NCBI GenBank assembly: GCA_038247415.1
Contig: JBBRUX010000047.1
Location: 1-30,387, forward strand
Direction of reading: 5' to 3'
DNA: 30,387 nt
DNA from: Chitinivibrionales bacterium
GTDB lineage: Bacteria > Fibrobacterota > Chitinivibrionia > Chitinivibrionales > WJKA01
A program made the translations under genes and the position numbers. This document shows, in pieces, positions 26,867 to 30,387 of this stretch. A model generated the notes under the pieces. That model did no database searches, was not told where the DNA came from, and saw only the letters and a list, made by a program, of their open reading frames with translations. Each line of letters begins with the position of its first letter. Within the stretch, counting starts at the first letter, position 1.

Positions 26867-27370
26867 TTATTTAGATGTTTCTCGTATTTTCTTGAGAGCA
26901 TCCGACAAATAAGAAATGTGGCTGATTTCTTCATCAATCATTTTTTGAACAGTTGTTGCACCAAGCGATTCTGGCACAGCTTTTTTAAGCGTGGAATAAA
27001 ACACAACCGAATCTTTTTCGAAGGTAAGCGCGAGAAGAATTGCTTCTTGGGGAGTCTTGCAAGCAGCTGCAAGATTTCCAATATTATTTGATTTAATAAA
27101 AATATGCGTATCGGCTGCAGCCTTAAGATATACTCCTATGACGTCATCGGGATCGTAGGGTGGAGGCTCATTGGCTTTCGCCTGGTAATCTTCGAGAAGC
27201 TGTGTAAAAACAGCGATATGGTTTTCTTCCCAATCGGCCAATTCTTTAAAGAGCGTACTGGCGGCGGTAAGCGCTGTGTTTTGAGCTGCTGCACGATAAA
27301 ATTCTCTCCCGTTTTTCTCAATGTCAATTGCGAGCGCACACGCTTCCGATGCATTATATACCATGGGCAT
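26867..27370 (-). CDS. Ferritin-like / rubrerythrin-family diiron protein
   Basis: AIDIEKNGREFY, LADWEENH, ALTFEKDSVVFY, IDEEISH. Confidence 0.9.
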   Translation of the reverse strand: MPMVYNASEACALAIDIEKNGREFYRAAAQNTALTAASTLFKELADWEENHIAVFTQLLEDYQAKANEPPPYDPDDVIGVYLKAAADTHIFIKSNNIGNLAAACKTPQEAILLALTFEKDSVVFYSTLKKAVPESLGATTVQKMIDEEISHISYLSDALKKIRETSK

Positions 27371-27386
27371 ACAAGGATCCTTTCGT

Positions 27387-27845
27387 TTAATTTTCTGGCG
27401 AAATAGCCTCTTCGTATTCTGTTTCTAAGCCTTTTTTATGATGTTGTTCCTCTGCCGCAAGCGATAGAAAGAGTGCCTTGACTTCTGGATCGGACTCCAG
27501 ATTTGCAAGACGCGAATATAGTTGATATGCTTTTTCTTCGGCCTGAATCGAATAGAGGAAAACATCTTCGAGGGTACTTTTGTCGGTAAGCGTAATGGTA
27601 ACCGCATAATCGGCGATATGCATATCGTGGGGCATTGATGTGGTTGAGAGCGAAGTCCCTGCAGCATCATCCATAAACGCTATAAGTTTAGCAGCATGGC
27701 GTCGTTCCATCTCTGCCATATCAGTCAGGAGTATTCGTTGTGCTGCGCTGTGAGTCTTTTTTGCATGGGAGTCGTAAAATTCGCTCGCTTCTTCTTCATT
27801 TCCAAGAGCAAAGGCTACGAAATCTTTAAAATATTCATTCTGCAT
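27387..27845 (-). CDS. Ferritin-like / rubrerythrin-family diiron protein
   Basis: NEEEASEFY, EMERRH, AEEKAYQLY, LAAEEQHHK..LETEY; RBS AAGGA. Confidence 0.9.
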   Translation of the reverse strand: MQNEYFKDFVAFALGNEEEASEFYDSHAKKTHSAAQRILLTDMAEMERRHAAKLIAFMDDAAGTSLSTTSMPHDMHIADYAVTITLTDKSTLEDVFLYSIQAEEKAYQLYSRLANLESDPEVKALFLSLAAEEQHHKKGLETEYEEAISPEN

Positions 27846-28056
27846 TTAAAGCCAATCCTTTATGATGTGAATACTGGTGATTTTAAAATAATAAAATCCG
27901 CGATAGGAACGTGGAATAGAGAAGATAAGAATGCTTGAAATAATTACAAAAATCCTAGAGATTAATAATCGAGGTAAGGTTATTGGAGGTATTTATTTTA
28001 TTATCATATAAGGCTGCTGTGCGTGGCTATTCAACGAATTGTACGATAAGGATGTA

Positions 28057-28977
28057 ATGGACATGAATAACCCTTCTGGAGCAGTGCTCGCTTTAATCGC
28101 TTCGGGTTGTTGGACGTTTGCTCCATTCCTATTTTCGAGTGCTGTCAAAAGTATCGGTCCTTATTACTCAAATTTTTGGCGCCTTATAATGGCTTCTGTT
28201 GCTTTGTGGATTATTGCTGCCATCTTGATAGGTATATCCCCCGGTGTTACCCAAGGAATTATCCCGCGATCCCTTGTTTGGATGGCGCTGTCGGGTATTT
28301 TAGGCCTTTCTATTGGGGATTTCTTTTATTTCAAGGCGCTTACCTACTTAGGTCCGCGAAGAACCTTGCAGATTCTTACGGCGGTTCCCATTGTTTCTGC
28401 CTTGGGAGCTTGGCTTTTTCTTCACGAGATACTTACGCTCTGGGCGATAGCAGGAATTTTATTGACTGTTGGAGCCATTCTTGCCATCAACTGGTTCGAC
28501 AAAAGAGAAAAAGCCACATCTGAACCGGGCTCATTTTCCCTTGTAGGGATTTTTCTTGCAGTCATTGGAGCGATATGCCAGGGAAGTGCAGCAGTGCTTA
28601 TGCGCCAGGCATATATGTCTGCTGGCGGGCTGAATCCTATTGTTGCAACGGCAATTCGTATCAGTTCTGCAGGTGTTGCCATTGTTTTGTTGGTTTTGGT
28701 ATCGGGTAAAATTGGCGGTGCAATTAAGGCTATTCCTTCACGTCATGCGTTTGGCAGGCTTATGGGAGGTACAGCCCTAGGGCCAGTGCTCGGGATGCTT
28801 TTTTATGTGGCATCATTAAAATTTGCTCCCGCCGGAATTGCCTCCACTATGTCAAGCTTGTCCCCGGTGCTCATTATTCCCATCACGGCCTGGCGATATA
28901 AAACACGACTCAATTGGCCTGCAATGATTGCGATGGCTATTGCAATAAGCGGAGTGGTGCTGATTTTTCATAAGTAA
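28057..28977 (+). CDS. DMT/EamA family transporter
   Basis: Two EamA repeats, about 10 TM segments; LSGILGLSIGDFFYFKAL..LGP, GIASTMSSLSPV. Start is 28057 or 28063. Confidence 0.92.
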   Translation: MDMNNPSGAVLALIASGCWTFAPFLFSSAVKSIGPYYSNFWRLIMASVALWIIAAILIGISPGVTQGIIPRSLVWMALSGILGLSIGDFFYFKALTYLGPRRTLQILTAVPIVSALGAWLFLHEILTLWAIAGILLTVGAILAINWFDKREKATSEPGSFSLVGIFLAVIGAICQGSAAVLMRQAYMSAGGLNPIVATAIRISSAGVAIVLLVLVSGKIGGAIKAIPSRHAFGRLMGGTALGPVLGMLFYVASLKFAPAGIASTMSSLSPVLIIPITAWRYKTRLNWPAMIAMAIAISGVVLIFHK

Positions 28978-29159
28978 ATATCCACCCAAAAATCACCTTT
29001 AATCGCCCCGTTCAACAGCGCTCTTAAGTAATTGGGTGGCATTAACAGTAAACTTTGCTGTATTTCCATTCAGTCCAAGATCAACGAAATTGGCATTTGG
29101 AACAGGGTCTGCAGGTCTTACAAAAAAGAAACTGCATTCCACGAAATACATACGTAAAA

Positions 29160-29175
29160 CGTGATGTTCATCACG
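29160..29175. promoter_or_regulatory. Perfect palindrome with CRP/FNR-family-like GTGA-N6-TCAC core
   Basis: AAAA-CGTGATG-TT-CATCACG-AAAA. Confidence 0.35.
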
Positions 29176-29368
29176 AAAAAGTGACGAATAACTTGTTTTA
29201 AAAATAAAAATACCGTTCGAATGCAAAAACTATGAATTTCCCGCTCTATGCAATGCGGAGTATTGCAGGAGTTCTTTCGTAGTAAACTAATAAGACTTGC
29301 TGTGGAAGCTTCTGAGTCTGGGCGCCACGGTGAACACAGGGCTAATTCAAATACTAAAATCAATTCCA

Positions 29369-29416
29369 TTGGGCGCCCGAAGGGGTGAGGCCTGACAGCG
29401 AAGCTGGAACGCCCAA
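29369..29416. repeat. GC-rich branched palindromic element (REP-like)
   Basis: Outer arms TTGGGCG / CGCCCAA enclose two hairpins, CCC-GAA-GGG and CAGC-GAA-GCTG. Single copy in this window. Confidence 0.5.
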
Positions 29417-29895
29417 AATCTTGACTAATCCTTCTTTTAGTATAATCCTGATTAATTTACGCAAGACATTTTGAAGGGTGCCTTTTTTGGGCCTTTGTGA
29501 GCCTTAAAAAAAGTGAAAATATTTAAAAAAAGCTTCCCACCTCACTTTGCGGCTATAGTATATTGCCTCGAAATGGGCCGATTTTATGCCTGAGAGCATG
29601 CAAATGAATAAACTTGAAATACATTTTGATGTTCTCAAATAAATGCACGGAGGCTTAATACTGCTTGGTTTATCTTAACAATGATAAGAAACAAAATGGA
29701 ATAGAATGGATATTTAAGCAAGAATAGAATAGAAAAGAGTGTTTTAAAATGGTGGTCTTGGTTGCCCTGCACATGCAAGAATCCTTTATAATCTTTCTTG
29801 TCAATATTAAGGCAGTTGATAAAACAAAAATAGCACACAAAGCCTACTGATTTTCCGGGCTATTAAAAATCTATCAAAGCTCTTTGAAATTCTTA

Positions 29896-30141
29896 TCAGG
29901 CAAGAATTTTTAGATGTTCATAGAGGAATTCCGGAGCACTATCGGCACCGTTTTCCCAAACAATAGTTTGAAGATCCGAGTCCACATTAAATTTGCGAAA
30001 TGAATTTAGATTTTTAAGGGGCTCAAACACTTCAGCCTCAAGTTCCATGCTTAAATCAACGTCACCTTCGGCACCGTCGTTGAAACGAAGCCAAATTGAA
30101 TAATCGTGGAGGTATTTTGCTTCTTTAATATGTAGAATCAT
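29896..30141 (-). CDS. DUF2442 family protein (putative antitoxin partner of DUF4160)
   Basis: MILHIKEAKYLHDYSIWLRFNDGAEGDVDL...VFEPLK...F.V...TIVWENGAD.APEFLY. Confidence 0.88.
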   Translation of the reverse strand: MILHIKEAKYLHDYSIWLRFNDGAEGDVDLSMELEAEVFEPLKNLNSFRKFNVDSDLQTIVWENGADSAPEFLYEHLKILA

Positions 30142-30288
30142 TGGTTTTTCCAACGGCTTAATGGTAAAAAGGGATTTGCGTTGTTCTGCAAGGTTCCATT
30201 CTTCCAGCAGGTCATTGATATGAAGAATTCACCATTCGTTAATCAATTTTAAGGCTCGTTGCGACATAGTGCTATTTACCGTGCCGGT
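30142..30288 (-). pseudogene. DUF4160 family remnant (C-terminal half, internal stop)
   Basis: TGTVNSTMSQRALKLINEW*ILHINDLLEEWNLAEQRKSLFTIKPLE matches the DUF4160 C-terminus. In-frame TGA at 30229-30231; no recognisable N-terminal half. Confidence 0.8.
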
Positions 30289-30387
30289 CGGCCGTGTTTG
30301 AATTTTTTTGTAGGTTATTATTAGAGATAGGCGCGCGGCGCAGCTTCGCATTATCAAAAATAAAAGGCCCTGACCGTTCTCGATAGG

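Noticed and set aside
28999..29369. Short minus-strand ORFs (75 and 83 aa) downstream of the EamA gene
   Set aside because: No recognisable family or RBS. A decayed remnant cannot be excluded but is unsupported.
29421..29446. TTGACT...TATAAT as a consensus promoter
   Set aside because: The spacer is 14 nt rather than 16-18, and no gene follows on that strand.
29694..29738. AATAG/AATGG short repeats
   Set aside because: Low-complexity purine-rich tract with few, irregular copies.
30229..30231. In-frame TGA as selenocysteine or genetic-code reassignment
   Set aside because: TGA terminates many intact genes here (hsdM, purU, ileS, PNP) and the gene is otherwise broken; a CGA-to-TGA mutation is simpler.

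Overview
Bacterial chromosomal window from a diderm (it carries lptC/lptA/lptB). Gene order and protein styles suggest the FCB group, possibly Fibrobacterota; this is inference only. There are three parts. (1) 1-4416 is a disrupted type IC restriction-modification island on the minus strand: hsdM, RhuM-family, YhcG/DUF1016 nuclease, a 25-codon hsdS stub missed by the ORF track, and a 3'-truncated KilA-N gene. The KilA-N gene is joined tail-to-tail at about 119-124 to a 3'-truncated pbpC-like frame. (2) About 5.2-29 kb is housekeeping backbone: murJ-rseP-metal ABC transporter-HIT; an HTH protein with a histone-H1-like PAKK tail; STAS; a TMTC-like GT-C/TPR protein; a receiver domain; cutA; a B12 radical SAM enzyme; purU; a sigma-70 factor; yggS-yggT-divIVA-DUF167-PNP-ileS(type 2)-lptC-lptA-like-lptB; two rubrerythrin-like ferritins; and an EamA transporter. 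(3) About 29-30.4 kb is a 0.9 kb gap with no credible ORF but several palindromic elements, followed by a decaying DUF4160/DUF2442 pair. No rRNA, tRNA, CRISPR array or transposase was recognised. The most unusual observations are the cargo genes stacked at and inside the hsdS start, the double-truncation junction, and the candidate nucleoid-associated HTH/H1-tail protein. All family calls come from motif recognition by eye, not from database searches.
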